64,000 nucleotides of DNA. It comes from Octopus sinensis (taxonomy: Eukaryota). The DNA lies in contig NC_043000.1 of the NCBI RefSeq assembly GCF_006345805.1, positions 82,646,001-82,710,000 of the forward strand, read 5' to 3'. The notes below the pieces were generated by a model. That model was not told the origin of the DNA. It made no database searches and saw only the letters and a list, made by a program, of their open reading frames with translations. Made by a program: the position numbers and the translations under genes. This document shows positions 14,566 to 29,547 of the stretch, piece by piece. Each line of letters opens with the position of its first letter. Within the stretch, counting starts at the first letter, position 1.

Positions 14566-17500
14566 ATACATGATGATGGCCGTTCACTCGTGACCGAGGA
14601 AGACCATTGCAAACCTTCAGGAACATCGTGCGCTCTAGGGCTAACTTATATTTTGCATTTGCGGCTCCGTTGGTGGCTAATGAGCCCTACTCTTGACACG
14701 CATACACGGCTGTAAACATTGCAAACCAAGCTTTCCCCATTCACTACACTAGCAGTGTGCTTTCAAGGAGCACGCTTAAATTCTTCATCCAGAATACATG
14801 CTCTCCCAATGGTGTCGACTCCACTCCTTAACCTGCTTCTTCCATCTCTGTCAATGACAGGCATTGCTCTTGCAGTCAGTCTCCTACATATCACAGGGCT
14901 TTAATGAGGACTTGACACAGTCCTTACATTGCATCCTTGGTTTCTGCCGGGGTCTCTTTCCACAAATAAGTTCCCCATATTGCATCAGTTTAGGGAACCT
15001 GCTATCCTTCATTCTAATAAGGTACCAGACCAACGTAACCGGTACTTGTGCACCATCGCCTCAATACTCAAGATACCAGCTTTCCTTAGGATCTATGTGT
15101 CTGGAGTTTTTAAGGTCCAACCAACATTCAGAATGTGTCTCAGACATCACTGGTGAAAGCGTTCAAGGACCCTTACATGACGTTTGTAAAGGGTCCATGT
15201 CTCACATGAATAAAGGAGCGATGTCAGAACACATGCGCAGTACACAGCAATTTTTATTTGGCTTGTGATGCCATACTGGGACCAGACACGAGACTGCAGA
15301 GACTGGAAGGAACCAGTTGCTTTCTGCAGCCTGAAAGATATTTCATCATCCAGAGAGCAAGAACGGCTGAGTGTGCTGCCAAGGTAGACAAACTTGTCTG
15401 CCACTTTCAGGATTGCTCCTTCACCCAAGATAGCTGGTTCCACATATAGATTTTTCTGGTGAAGGCTGGAACATTATAACTGTCTTGTCCAAGCTCACGT
15501 TGAGTCCAAATGCCTTGCAAGAAGCAGAAATACGATTCATAAATATTTACATGTCATCCACTGTATGAGTGACTAAGTCACAGTCATCTGCATAAAGGAG
15601 GTCACGAATAAGAGACTTGAAAACTTTTGAATTCGCAGCAAATCGGTACAGATTAAAGAGGCGGCCGGAAGATCAAAACTTGACATATATTTCCAGAGAG
15701 CTAACCTTAGCAAAAGCGTGAGTAAAAGCAGCAGCAAAGCACAGAGAAAAGAGAGTTGGGGCAAGGATGTCACCCTGCTTGACACCATTCTCTACAAGAA
15801 TGGGTACCGCATGCCACCACCAACATTGACCCAAGCCTCCATCCCATGATTTAATTATAGATACCCAGTGATCCAGACATTCTAGTTTGCCAAGTATTTT
15901 CCATAGCAAGGCCCTATTCACAGCATCAAAGGCTTTGGTTAAATCAATGAATACCTAGACAAGATCCATATTCTGCTCAGGGCACTTCTTCTGCATCTGT
16001 CTTACTGTGAAAATCATATCCATTGTCCCTCTACCAGATCGGAAGCCACATTGAGATTCAGATAAGGCATCATTTACGAAACACCCATTCAGGCGGGTAA
16101 GAAGAATATTTGCCAGAACCTTGCCAGCAGCTGATAGTAGAGCAATACTTCTGTAGTTACCACACATTAATCTGGCTCCTTTTTTCTTTATAGAGAGGAA
16201 GAATAATTGCATCCTTCCAATCCTTAGGCATTGCACCATCCCTCCCGACTACACTAATAAGTTCATGAAGTATGATGTAAACACCACCAAATCGCAAGAG
16301 CTCAGCACAAATTCCATCCCTTCCGGATGCCCTACCAAGATTCAGTATACTTATTGTTGTCATTACCTACTGAGGGCGTGGAATTTAAGGAGCCAATTTT
16401 GTTGCATAATATCAATCATTGTTTCATCCACTGACTCATGGTTCAAGAGTTCAGAGAAGTGTTCAATCCACCGACCTGTGATTTCTGTTGATTTAGTAAA
16501 TAGAGTAGAGTGGAAAGCAAAGGAACTTATGCAGAGCTCTTAGGCCCATATACTTGCTTCATAAGATGGTAAACGCTTCTTGCTGTCCTTTCCATCACGT
16601 GCAAGTTCGTGCCACCAAGGGTTCTGCATCTTCTTCAGAGATCGCTGCAGTAGTGATTTTACACTGCTATAGTGGGCAAGTGATAGATTTCGCTGCACAG
16701 CAGACAGTCCTCTGTGTAGCAATACATTGTGGGCATGGCCCTTTACAACCAATAGTCGCTGAGCTTCAGCATCATTTTCGTCAAACCAGTCTCTGTGTCT
16801 GGCAGAAGCATATCTCAATGTTTCAGCAATACATTGAAAAACCTGGTCCCGAAAATTTTCCCATATTTTCGATTCTGGACAGGCGAGTCTGAAGTTCTTC
16901 CCTCAACACAGCATCATATATCTTGTGGACATTCAGACGCCGAGAAATGCCAACTGGCTCTCTTCTCTCTTTCATTCTAATCATCATCCGGAACTTTGCT
17001 CGCACCAAACTGTAGTCTGTCCAGCATTCCGATCCAAGAAAGGACTTAGCATTACAAATGTCATAGATGTCACGCTTGCAGATGATGACAATCCAGAAAG
17101 TACCAAACTTTAGATCTTGGATGCATCTACATTGTTGCGTGATCACCCTAGTGCATAAAATGAGTGCTTGCGATGTAAAGTCCATGTTCATCGCAAACCT
17201 CCAGCAGCATGAGATCATTGCTATTTATTTTTCCTACACCAAAACGTCCTAGAGAGTTTCATGTTTGGCAGTCTGTTCCAACCCTGGTATTGAAATCCCC
17301 CAGTAGAATGACTTCATCAGAATTGGGGATTTTCCTAAGTATGGCTCTCAGATGGGTATAAAAAAATAGTTTTATCTTCATCACAACAAGTCAAAGTAGG
17401 TGCATAGGCACTTTTTAGAGTAGCAAACTGCCCACCTTTCAGATACAACCGTAGTCATTAGACGTTCATTCATAAGAACAGGAAGCTCCTCCAACTTCTT

Positions 17501-18068
17501 AAGGATATCAGATCGAACTGCAAAGCCAACACCAGTCTCTCTGCGCTCCTCCTTCAGCCTCCCTTTCCAAAAAAAGATGTATCCATCTACTTCCTCCAGC
17601 TGAACATCGCCTTCTATACGAGTCTCTGAAAGTGCAGTTATATCAGTTATAGCGGTTCAACTCACCAGCAACAAGTGCAGTGCGTCTTTCAGGCCTACAA
17701 TCACTTTCGTTATCCAACAGACTGCACACATCCCTACATGAAATGTTCAAGTTCCATCCAGATTTTGTAAAAAGAATTCTCATAGTTTTTCGAGCGCAGG
17801 GTGGACATCCGTCAAACGCGCTAAACTGACCAGATATAGAAAGACAGGGAATTTTTTTGTTCACCATTTCTAGAACCTCCCCGGTGTCTGGGTGAGCAGT
17901 GCCCTCTCCAAATGGAGCTGCTCAGACACCCATGCAGCGACCGAATCCTATTGCTGTCTTGGGCGACAAGGAGACGACTTTATATCTAGTATGGGCCGCC
18001 TACGTGCACATGCTTCTAGCCCTGTCAGGTCTGCATGCTTCGCCACCTTCCCATCGCCGCAGGACACC
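14566..18068 (-). mobile_element. Full-length, inactivated RTE-clade (BovB-like) LINE: AP endonuclease plus RT
   Basis: Minus strand: GWNLNI..RPERRTALVAGELNRYN (APE), NYRSIALLSAAGKVLA, SESQCGFRSGRGTMDMIF, NGVKQGDILAPTLF, FVYLGSTLS, LLYSCETW; ends ggccatcatca. Many stops and frameshifts. Confidence 0.9.
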
Positions 18069-18204
18069 CGAATAAAAATAAAATAAATATTTACTAAAAA
18101 TAAAGATACATGTATACTGAAAATAAAATAAATATATATATATAAGTAAAAAAAAAGCAGCACTTATCAAGCAGGGGTCAGCAATGCCTATGTAGAGTTT
18201 TAGG

Positions 18205-18348
18205 TCCAATAAGGCTTGCACGACACCTTATAGACCCTCTCCAGTCTACTGACGTGCTTTGCTCAAGAACACAACGCCCAGTCTGGGAAGTGAACCCACG
18301 ATCTTGCAATCGTGAGTGCAACATCTTAACTACCAAGCCATGCACCTT
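18205..18348 (-). mobile_element. tRNA-like SINE head fragment
   Basis: ggtgcatggcttggtagttaag..gggttcacttccc..gttgtgttcttgagcaa matches the head at 49258. Confidence 0.5.
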
Positions 18349-18619
18349 CACAAAGTATATTGTTATACTTGGGGACGGTCATCATGCCAATGAAGCATAC
18401 GCACTATTTGCTCTTCACTTTAGCTGTATTATTATTAATTATTTTTGTAGTTTATTTATCAAAGTTCTTCCGTTACACATACTGCCCCAGATGTCTCCTC
18501 TTATCCAGGACTAGAGGAGACCCCTTGGCCAGGAAATCGCTAAAGAGGTCACAGTATGTGTGACGGAAGAACTTTGATAGATAAACTACAAAAATAATAG
18601 TAATAATAATGATAATAAT

Positions 18620-20789
18620 AAATGATAAAACATTAAATAATAAAACTGAAAAATAAATTAAATAATACCCGTATTATTCAACCCAAGGATAACAAACGGG
18701 AAGTACGTACTTTAAACTTGTTACAAATAAAGTGCGGAAAACTACGCGTGCAAAACCATTTAACACCAGAAATGAACGGATCGGTACCCAACGAAAATTA
18801 TGACCATCAAAATAAAGGGCCGGACGTTATTCCTCATGTCACATAAAATGGACAGGTGAGGAATATATTTCAACCTTACACGCTTATTTTATGGCAGTGC
18901 TCTACCCACTGAAAGGAAACACACAATATATACAAATAAAATTTGGAAGAAGAATAACCTAGATAAGAATTTAGATACAGCAATGAATCTTAATAAACTA
19001 GCTATTATACGGAAATATATTCTCAAAACAAAAAACTTATCAGAAATAGAAATAGAACACTTAAAAGGAAAAATACATGAGGAAAACGTAGATGGTAGTC
19101 ACACAGCAATGCCAAAAGATATCATAAGCACTGGAATTTAAAATACGAAGACAGACGTAACATGTCCAACAAAAACGAAGTAAACAACGAAAGACAACAA
19201 ACCCAGACTGTAGGAATGTATAATGATGTGCAAAATGTACCAAACCAGAACACCACAGACAAAAATATGAACGGGGGTGGGATACGAAACAAATCTAAAA
19301 CCTGGAAACAATGAAAAAGCCGCAATAATTATGCATCAACCCAATAGTTAAGAGTAGCGACATCACACTAGATAAAGCAAATGAAATAAGAGAATTAAAC
19401 TAAAGCCAGACATACAAATACTTAGGAATCAATTAGCTAGATACAATACAACAAACACAAATGAAAGAGAATAAGAAAGGAATGCTATAGACGATTTAGA
19501 TTAATACTGAAAACAGCTCAATGCGAAAAACAAGATAATAGGTATCAACACTCTAGCCGTCCCAGTTATAAGTTATAAGCTACAATATTCTTAACTGGAC
19601 TATAAATGAACTAATCAAAATAGACGGGAAAACCTGAAAAATAATGACAGGATTTAGGATGCACCATCCAAAATCTGACATAGAAAGGCTATATATACAA
19701 CGTATTGAAGGTGGTAGAGGCCTTATGCAGTTAGAAAACTATTAGAAAATACGCACCATAGAACTACAGAAACACCTACTTCGGAAGTAAGGAAAACTAA
19801 TACAAATAGCCACAAAGCACGAACAAAACAAAAAACTGTTTTCAGTTTTTAAGGAGCAGACAAATACAAGAAAGAAGTCAAAGTACCTAACAACTATGAA
19901 GAAAAAAAACAACACAAGCTGTAAAACAACTGAAACCCAAACTAAAACTGGATCTGCAACGTATCATGATAAAACGATGGTAAGAAAAGCCCCTATATGG
20001 TACATATTGGGTTAAGCTAAATAGAAAAGAAATAGACAAGCAAAACCTTAACAATAGCTGAGAAGCTCAGGAGTCAAAGCAGAGACTGAAATCACTAAAA
20101 ACATGTGATGAAAAGAAATACAAATAATTGCAGAATATGTGGAGATGGACAAGAAACAATAAATCATTATCTCTGGCTGCCCAGTCCTGGCTAAGAAGGA
20201 ATATATTCACAGACACGACAGAGTCGGAATCTATATACATTGGAAGCTATGAGAACACTATGGAATAACAAAAGAAAAAGATGGTATAGGCACACACCAG
20301 AAAATGCCACAGAAAATGAGAAAGCAACCACACTGATAGAGAACTTAAGGCCAATAAGCCGGATATAGTTGTCAGAGATCACCAAGAAAAAATGCTTCCA
20401 AATCGATGTATCAATACAAATAGATCACAACGTTTCTCTAAAAGAAACGGAGAAACTTTCAAAAGAACAAAGATCTGGGAATGGAGGTAACTCGAATGTG
20501 GTGCCTAAAAATAGAAACAATTCCTGTCAAAGTAAGCGTATTAGGTATGATTTAAAAACATTCAGACAAATACATAACAAAAACTCCAGTACTTACAAGA
20601 TATACAATATACAGAAATAGCACTACTAGGCACTGCACATATCCTACGTCAAACACTTTCAATACAGTGAAAATAAGAGTACCACAACAAACCACAGCAC
20701 ATACCCAAGGCACACAGAGATGCGCTCGGTATTGTAGTGAAAGCACGTGATAAAAATAAGACTACTGAATAATAATGATAATAATAATA

Positions 20790-20886
<97 letters not shown>
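18620..20886 (+). mobile_element. Dong/R4-like element of a second subfamily, RT core deleted, (TAA)n tail 20767-20886
   Basis: N-terminal remnant (KIWKKNN..NKLAIIRKYILKTK) jumps near 19340 to post-RT sequence (TYKYLGI, IEGGRGL), then NNCRICGD, HRHDRV, NKPDIVVRD, IDVSI, ALLGTAHIL; heavily frameshifted. Confidence 0.75.
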
Positions 20887-20887
<1 letters not shown>

Positions 20888-21360
20888 TTGAAGGCATTGT
20901 CGAAAATAGAAATGTAAAGATCTTATGAGATTTTATGATTCAGTGCGACCATGAGATTGATAATAGAGGGCTGGACATAGTTTTAATTGAGAAAGAAAAC
21001 AAACTATGCTGGATCATAGACATAGCATGCCCAGCTGACAACAAGGTATGCGATAAGGAAGAAAGAAAAGTCGAGAGATATGACAGGTTAGCTTGGGAAG
21101 TTAAGCAGTTGTGATCGATGAAAAAGGTAGCAGCAGTATCAATGATTTTCGGAGCGCTGGGAACACTGAACAAAACTCTCGAGAAGTAGGTGGAACAAAT
21201 AGGGGCTGCAATAAGGGTGGAGCACTTGCAGAAAACAACACTTCTTGGAACCACTCGAATACTCCGGAAGGTGCTCGAAAAATAAGAGGTGTTACTTTAG
21301 TTCACTGGTAGTGAACAGCAGACACTGTAGTACATCTCTAACGTTAGAAGCTGTACAATA
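20887..21360 (+). mobile_element. 5'-truncated copy of the 817-4346 Dong/R4 family
   Basis: Clear nucleotide similarity to ~3885-4335 (gattttatgattcagtgcgaccatgag..gtagtacatctc); (TAA)n on both sides. Confidence 0.9.
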
Positions 21361-21375
21361 ATAATACTAATAATA

Positions 21376-21411
<36 letters not shown>

Positions 21412-21431
21412 AACATCCATATATACATATA

Positions 21432-22151
21432 AGTTTCTTTATTGGCCACACAGGGCTGCACACAGATGGGACAAGTTACAAGGTAGAGCTTTTCTTTTGG
21501 GGGATGAAAAAAACAAAAAACAAAAGAAACAAAAAAAAGGGGTGGCGTAGGTTTTCGATCAAGAGGGATCGTAAAAGGGAAGAAAAGAACAAAAAAATAA
21601 AGAAATAAATAAAATAAAAAAGAAAAAGAAAAAAAAGAAAAGGAAAAGGAACAAAAGAAAAGAGAAATGAAAAAAGAAGAAAAAAGGGGAAAAAAGGGGA
21701 AGATGAAAAAAAAACGATCAATAGGGATCGTGTATCACAGTGTTATGATATATGGTGTAAAGGGGAAAGCAAGTAAGGTTTATCCGTGGGAAGAAAAGCC
21801 TACGAAAAAGAACACGGTAACCTTGGTCAATATTGTTATATGTTACCACATTTGTTTGCAAGTGGGTAACCCTCTGTTTTCAATTTCTGGGTTCATAGGA
21901 TTATGCTCAAGGTGGCTTCGTCATTCATACGTGCCATCCTTGCTACATTCACCCATCTTTTTTTAAAACATTCGCTAGACAAAACTTACCTCTCTACTCT
22001 CACTTTCCTTTTCAAGTGGTACTTGAAGAAGTTGATGAGAGATTGACCAGAGAGGAAAGTGTTTGTCTCCAATCCTTTCAGACGCGTCCACCAGATACAT
22101 TCTTTCGCCATAGCCACAAGTATGATAAAAATAGCTCTTCCTTCCCGTTTG

Positions 22152-22154
<3 letters not shown>
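21432..22154 (-). mobile_element. 5'-truncated Tx1-like L1 copy (ORF2 C-terminus plus 3' UTR)
   Basis: 21940-22154 is nearly identical to 23445-23680; 5' junction runs directly into (GATA)n at 22154-22228; AATAAA near the 3' end. Confidence 0.85.
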
Positions 22155-22230
<76 letters not shown>

Positions 22231-22279
22231 ACTTACTTGGAAATGGATGTGTAGGGTTCAATCAAATAAAAATATAAAA

Positions 22280-22345
<66 letters not shown>

Positions 22346-22357
22346 TATAATATATGC

Positions 22358-22390
<33 letters not shown>

Positions 22391-22656
22391 TGTATGATGT
22401 ATGTATGTATGTATGTATGTATGTATGTATGTATGTATGTATGTATGTGTGTATGTACATACATATAAGAGACCAAATTGTAGGTATGCCGCTATATGTA
22501 TATAAAAAAGAATACAAAAAAATAGGACAAGAATGCAACGGGCGACAACAAGACATCCAGACATGATACAAAAAGGACAAGAAAACAAGGACGGACCATT
22601 TGGAGTTTCTTTCGTCGAGTTCCTGATTACATATTATATGTGTGTGTGTGTGTGTG

Positions 22657-22716
<60 letters not shown>

Positions 22717-22726
22717 TATATGGGTA

Positions 22727-22841
22727 CAGGGTGTCGCAAAAATAAACAACATTGCCCGTTATCCATTTGTTTCTGTCGTTGTTTATGTATTCAATTCTTT
22801 TGTTTTCGTATTTCATGTTGTTTACAGTTTGTGACGTCCTG
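22727..22841. mobile_element. Small Tc1-type MITE
   Basis: cagggtgtcgcaaaaataaacaac versus gttgtttacagtttgtgacgtcctg (imperfect TIR), with TA on both flanks. Confidence 0.65.
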
Positions 22842-22999
22842 TACCCATGTATGCATATATATCTGTGTATGTATGTACATATATACATACATAAACACAC
22901 ACACACACACACAACACACACCACACACATATATATATTATATATATATAATATATATATATTATATATATATATATATATTATATAAATTTATATTAT

Positions 23000-23079
<80 letters not shown>

Positions 23080-26000
23080 TGTTTCTTTATTAGCCACACA
23101 GGGCTGCACACAGACGGGACAAATTAGAGCTTTTCTTTTTGGAGATAAAAAAAGGTGGGTTGGTTTGCGATCAAAAGCGATCGTGGATGAAATGAAAGAG
23201 AAAAAAAAGGAAAAAGGAAAAGAAAGAAAAAAAAGGAAAAGGAAAAAATTGATCAATAGGGATCGTTATCACAGAAATGTCAATATAAAGTGTAAGGGGA
23301 GGAAAGGTGAGGTTTACCCGTGGAAAGAAAAGCCTACGGAAAAGACCACGGTAACCCGGTCAATGAAGGCCACTGTTATATTTTTTTACAAATAGCAACT
23401 CTCTGTATTAATTTACGCTTCATAGGATCATAGTCAAGTGGCTTCGTCATCATATGTGCCAACCTTGCTACATTCACCTATCTTTTTTTAAAACATTCAC
23501 TAGACAAAACTTGCCTCTCTACTCTAACTTTCCTTTTCAAGTGATATTTGAAGAAGTTGATGAGAGATTGACCAGAGAGGAAAGTGTTTGTCTCCAATCC
23601 TTTCAGACGCGTCCACCAGATACATTCTTTCGCCATAGCCACAAGTATGATAAAAATAGCTCTTCCTTCCCGTTTGAAGGAAGGAGGCGTGAGGTTTATT
23701 AACGATAAACCGACACGTCCCACACGTGACAGCAGTCGTTCGACATAAGCCCACAGGTCGGAGATTGTTGGACACTGCACGATTGCGTGCAGAACGGCTT
23801 CGTCGCTCTGACCGCATCTCGGGCATGTCGACCCCGTGTTCCTCGAGACATGCCTATAGAGCTTATCCCGAACGGGTAGCGCTTCTCGGTAGCACTGCCA
23901 AGCCAGGGATCTCTGGAAGTTGTCCATAGGTCCCGGCCCGAAGGTCTTCTCAAACAGGCGGGTCAGGTATTCCTCGTCGACGCCAAGGTTCGCCCCAAGA
24001 TCGTCGTCGTACCTCTCCTCCACTAATCCTCTATAGAATGCTTTGGTTGTGTTGAAGTCACTCAAGGTCGACCCGGGTCGGCATAGTTGCTTGAGAGCAA
24101 CGCGACACTCGCAGTGCCATTCAGGCCCTTCCTCGGCCTCTTTTTGATCCACGACTGCTGTTCTGTCATCGAGACGAGCTGCGGGAAAGCGTGCCTCACA
24201 AACGGCAACCACACCTGTTCATCGTCGTCTACGTAGAGCCGGAGATGTCGCAGTCTCAGCGCGTGTCTGCGCATCATCAACCACGGCATGTCCAGCCCTC
24301 CTTTTAACGGGTGTTGATAGCAAATGGATCGCCTGACCATCAGGACGCTTCCTTTCCACAAGAAGCGGAAGAGAATGCGTTCTAGTTTGGTGATGGTAGG
24401 GTCGGGACAAGATACGACGATCAGGCGGTAGTAGATGATGGACGCGATGTACGTGTTCGCCACCTCCGCACGACCCTTTAGGGACTGTTTCCTCTCGGCC
24501 CATTGCCGGGCGAGAGTGACCACCCTACTCGTTATCTCGTTCCAGTTCTCCATTTGGAGGTCCGGACCGAACCAGACCCCGAGCAACTCGACCGGGCCGT
24601 CCGTCCAGCGTCCCACGACGGAGGTGCTGGTGGACGGCATGGGCTTGCTTCTCCAGGTGCCGAGCCGCAAGCCCACTGACTTTTCCCGTTTGATTTTTGC
24701 TCCTGTCACCGCTTCGTAGTCTTTCAGTGTCTCACCGACCAGCTCGATGTGCTCGTGGCTTGACACTATGACGTTGACGTCGTTCGCGTATGCAGACACG
24801 CTCGTCCCGCATCCCAATTCTCGCGGGATGCCCCTCAGAGTCGCCAGCTTCCGCAGTAGTGGATCGAGAGTCAATACGTAGAGATGCGACGAGAGGGGCA
24901 TCCCTGACGGACCGAACGTGCAATGTCGAAAGGTCTCGATAGATATCCATTTACGCGAATTACCGAACGGATACCTCTGTACAAGGCAGCTATCCTTGGT
25001 CAAAATTTTCAGGTCTGCTTTGAACAGTGATTGGCCTAAAGTTATCTATAATGTCCCCCTTGTTTGGATCTTTCTTCAGCAGTGTTATGGCTCCTCGGCT
25101 CACAAAACCAGGAATGCTCCCGTTTTGCTGCCAGTTGCAGTATACCGCTGCCAAGACGTCTCCAAACAAGTCTGGCATACAATTGTAAAACTCGTAGGGC
25201 AGATCATCCAAACCCGGCGATTTGTCTCTCGAGCATTCTGCCATTGCGTCCCGCACATCCGCCGCCGTGATGGCACCTTCGCAGCACTCTGCCTCTCTTT
25301 CTGAGAGTCGTGGCAGGCTGTGCAGATAGGCACTGAAGTCCACCCTGCGTTCACGTTCGCCACTCGTCCCGTACAGTCGGGCAAAGTGCCACTGAAATGC
25401 CTCGCACATCTTGCTGGGCTCGAGCAATTCGCGCCCTTGTTCGTCTACCAGAGACCGAATGGTAGCTTTGTTGCCCTGCTGCGCCTCCGCCACTCGGACC
25501 TCTCTCACGGCTCCAGCACCTTCCATTCTTAGAGCACGCCATCTAGCCCTGACAGCGCACCCTTCGTGTTTGGCGTTGAAGTGTTGGTCGAGGGCCAACC
25601 TCGCCGCTAAAACGTCGGATGTGATGCCGCTTCTTATTGCTTCTTCTAACTTCTTAACTAACTCACCCTCCACTCTATTTCTATCTACGGCTAGTGCCTT
25701 GCTATATCTAATAGCTTCCGCTTTTACTGCTCTCTTGAGGGCGAACCACCATTTGTTGTTGACGATGGCTCCCGTTAAAGCCCTCTTTACTAACGTGTTG
25801 ATTCTGTCTCTGAAAACCTGTCTGGACGGAATAGATGCGTTTAGTTTCTAGTAACCGGGACCTTGTCTATGTGCCTTATCTAAGTCTAGCGTACACGTTA
25901 CGAATTTGTGATCCGTGTAACTGACTGTGTGGAATTGTGGACATCATAATTATCCCTGTCTACTGTCCTGCACAGTATCCTATCTAGATACGATCTCGAC

Positions 26001-26160
26001 GACCCACTGCGGTTGCTCCATGTCCACGATTGTGCATTTGGGTGGTCGAGTCGGTACCTGTCAGACAGTTGGAATCGTCTGAGCAGGTCTCTGAGGCATT
26101 TGCATCCCCTTCTGTTTTTGTCTCACCCCATATAGTCTAGATGCGTGTCCAAGGTAGCAT
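23080..26160 (-). mobile_element. 5'-truncated Tx1-like (L1 clade) LINE embedded in a (GATA)n array
   Basis: Minus strand: APE end (YTDHKFV..GPGY-KLN), KSPGLDDLPYEFY, NFRPIT, VRQGCPLS, AYANDVNV, GGLDMP, zf-RVT-like LAWQCYREALPVRDKL and CPRCGQSDEAVLHAIVQC. Part of the RT is deleted near 24990. (GATA)n flanks at 22998-23079 and 26161-26253. Confidence 0.9.
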
Positions 26161-26253
<93 letters not shown>

Positions 26254-26480
26254 GCATACACATTTGCCTATAGGTAAATTATAGAGAATGGAATGAGCGA
26301 CATTTTTACTTAAAACCACTACAATTGTTTCAACACATTTTTATGTCTGTAGTACATTGGCTAAACAGCATGCAATCATTATCATTCATCCAAGCTGTAA
26401 AATGCTCTGCCTCAGGTGATTGTTTAAATAAGTCCTTCGTTAGAGCCCACTGTAATTTCATTCAGTGTGTGTGAAATATA

Positions 26481-26521
<41 letters not shown>

Positions 26522-26721
26522 TATATAATTTGTCCCTCTTAGCGTTTGGCATGTATGTATAAGCCTTCTGGCATGTATGTATAATGCCCTCTATATATAA
26601 ATTATATGTTCAATAAGAAAATAATTATTTTCGAAATTTTTTCTCTTATGAGGTTTTTACGCCTATCTACCTGACAATTGCTTGTTAAGTTTTCCTTATT
26701 AAGTGGTTGTCCTTAATATTG

Positions 26722-26760
<39 letters not shown>

Positions 26761-26765
<5 letters not shown>

Positions 26766-28134
26766 TATATAGAAGGAGCTTCTACAGGACTAGAACTGTT
26801 TCATTCAAAGAAATCTTCAGTAGCTAGTTAACAAGAATTGTATTGGCATTTATACATTTAGGCAGGTTTAAAGGGGTGTTGGTGGGGACTTTTTGGGGGT
26901 AGGCATAGCGCAAAATATCATACTTGGGGGAGTGGTCAATGAGTCAGTGTTAAATTAGATAGAAGAATAAATAAAAAATAAAAAATATATATATATATAA
27001 AAAGGGAATAGAGTTTTAGGTAAATAAGGAGATTCTCACTTATACCTATGCACATATGTATACATATATAAACATACATACAAACATATATACATATACA
27101 TACACACCATACATACACACACACATATATACATATATATACACTTACACATACATATACATATCTACACATACACATATATGTATACATACACACACTC
27201 ACATGCATACAACGTATACACCTGTATATATACACACACGACCACACATACTCACATACACGCATACCACACATATCCACACACACACAATGCACACACA
27301 GCACACTAGTCCCTATACACATATATACACATACACACATATATACACACACATACATATACATACATATATATATATATTATATATATATATATAATAT
27401 ATATATAATACATTTGTACCTATGCATACCTACACATACACACATATATATATAACACATACAAATACAGACCCATTCCCTAATTTTAATTTTATTATCT
27501 TCATTTATTACTTTTGTTATCTTTGACCGCTGTCACAAACATCTTGGCTATGACAGCCAGTCCATTTAATCTGTCTACTGGAAAACAAGCACTCATTCAC
27601 TCAGCCAACTCTTTAGCACGTACACTCACTCATTCGTACACTCATACACATACACGCACGCACCGCGTTATATTCATACATACCTACATCTACATACATT
27701 CACGTATATACACATACGTACGCGTACCTACAGATTCATGTCTACACTCTTAGAAGGCTAGTCTATACATATACACCAATAATATAAATACACACACATA
27801 CATATACACCTACATACAAATACATACATGTATATATATATATAATATATTCGCATATATATACACATATATATATATATATATCTATATATATATATAT
27901 ACATATATACACATATATACACATATATACACACATACAACATACATACATATACACACATACACATACATACGTATACATACATACATACATCCATACA
28001 TCCATACATACATACATTTATACACATACACACACCCACACGTATACATATACATACATATATATACGCGCATGCATACACTACAATACATACACATACG
28101 CATATACATATACATACATATACACACACACACA

Positions 28135-28175
<41 letters not shown>

Positions 28176-28561
28176 CACATACACATACATACATATACAA
28201 ATAATACGCACACACATACATACATACTCATATACATACACGCACATACACATGTACATGCGTACCCATACACACACACACACACACGCGCATCCATATA
28301 TACACATAAGTACACACATGCGTAAAAGTATACATATATCTATGCTTACACATACACACACACACACGCGCCTCCTTATATTCATCTTACAATGCATACT
28401 CAAAATAAGTAAATAGTAAAATATATATACGCGCAGTTATTCATACATGCATACTCAACAAATAAATAATAACTATTAGTATATGTACGTGCAGTTACCT
28501 ATTATATAGACGGATACATACATATAAACTTACACACACACATATATATATATTATATATA

Positions 28562-28608
<47 letters not shown>

Positions 28609-29516
28609 CACATATATATACATATACACATATATATATATATATACCCACACAACACATACACATATATATATATACATACTTACACACATGTACAAAT
28701 ACATACACACATAGATGACTCTACGTACCACATTACATAACACACGAGCGTACACGTAATGTACATATACACATACACACGCATATATATACATACATAC
28801 ATACACATACACACATATATACACACACACCATATACATATATATATATATATATATACATATACACACACATATAATACACATCTACAATTTGTATCTA
28901 CACTCATATACATGCACATACACATAACTCTACATACCTACATATACATCGACATACTCGCGTACACTCATATATATACACATATATACATATACAAACA
29001 CCATACATATACATAATACATATAATATATATAATATATATACATAATACACATATACACACACATACATATATATATATATTATATACACACCACACAC
29101 ACACACACATACTATATATATATATATATATACATATATACATACATACATACACATATACATACATGTACATATATATATACATACACATATATATACA
29201 CACACATACATATATCAACAATTGAGGGTAAAGTTAATTAGTTATTAATCAATTTCACCAAGTATTCAGTGTGTAAAAGGACCATTATTTTTTTGAGTAA
29301 ACAATGTCTGAGGGAAAATATTCTCTAAGTAGTGGAAGAGGCTAAAAAACTTTTTTGGCTGCTATTTCTAGAAAGTTCAGTATGTGACAAAGTAATTTAT
29401 TTTACTAAGCCCTAATTATATAATATTTTATGCATACATACACATACATACACACATACATATACACATACATATGCATACACACATATATACATATATA
29501 CATATATACATATATA

Positions 29517-29547
<31 letters not shown>

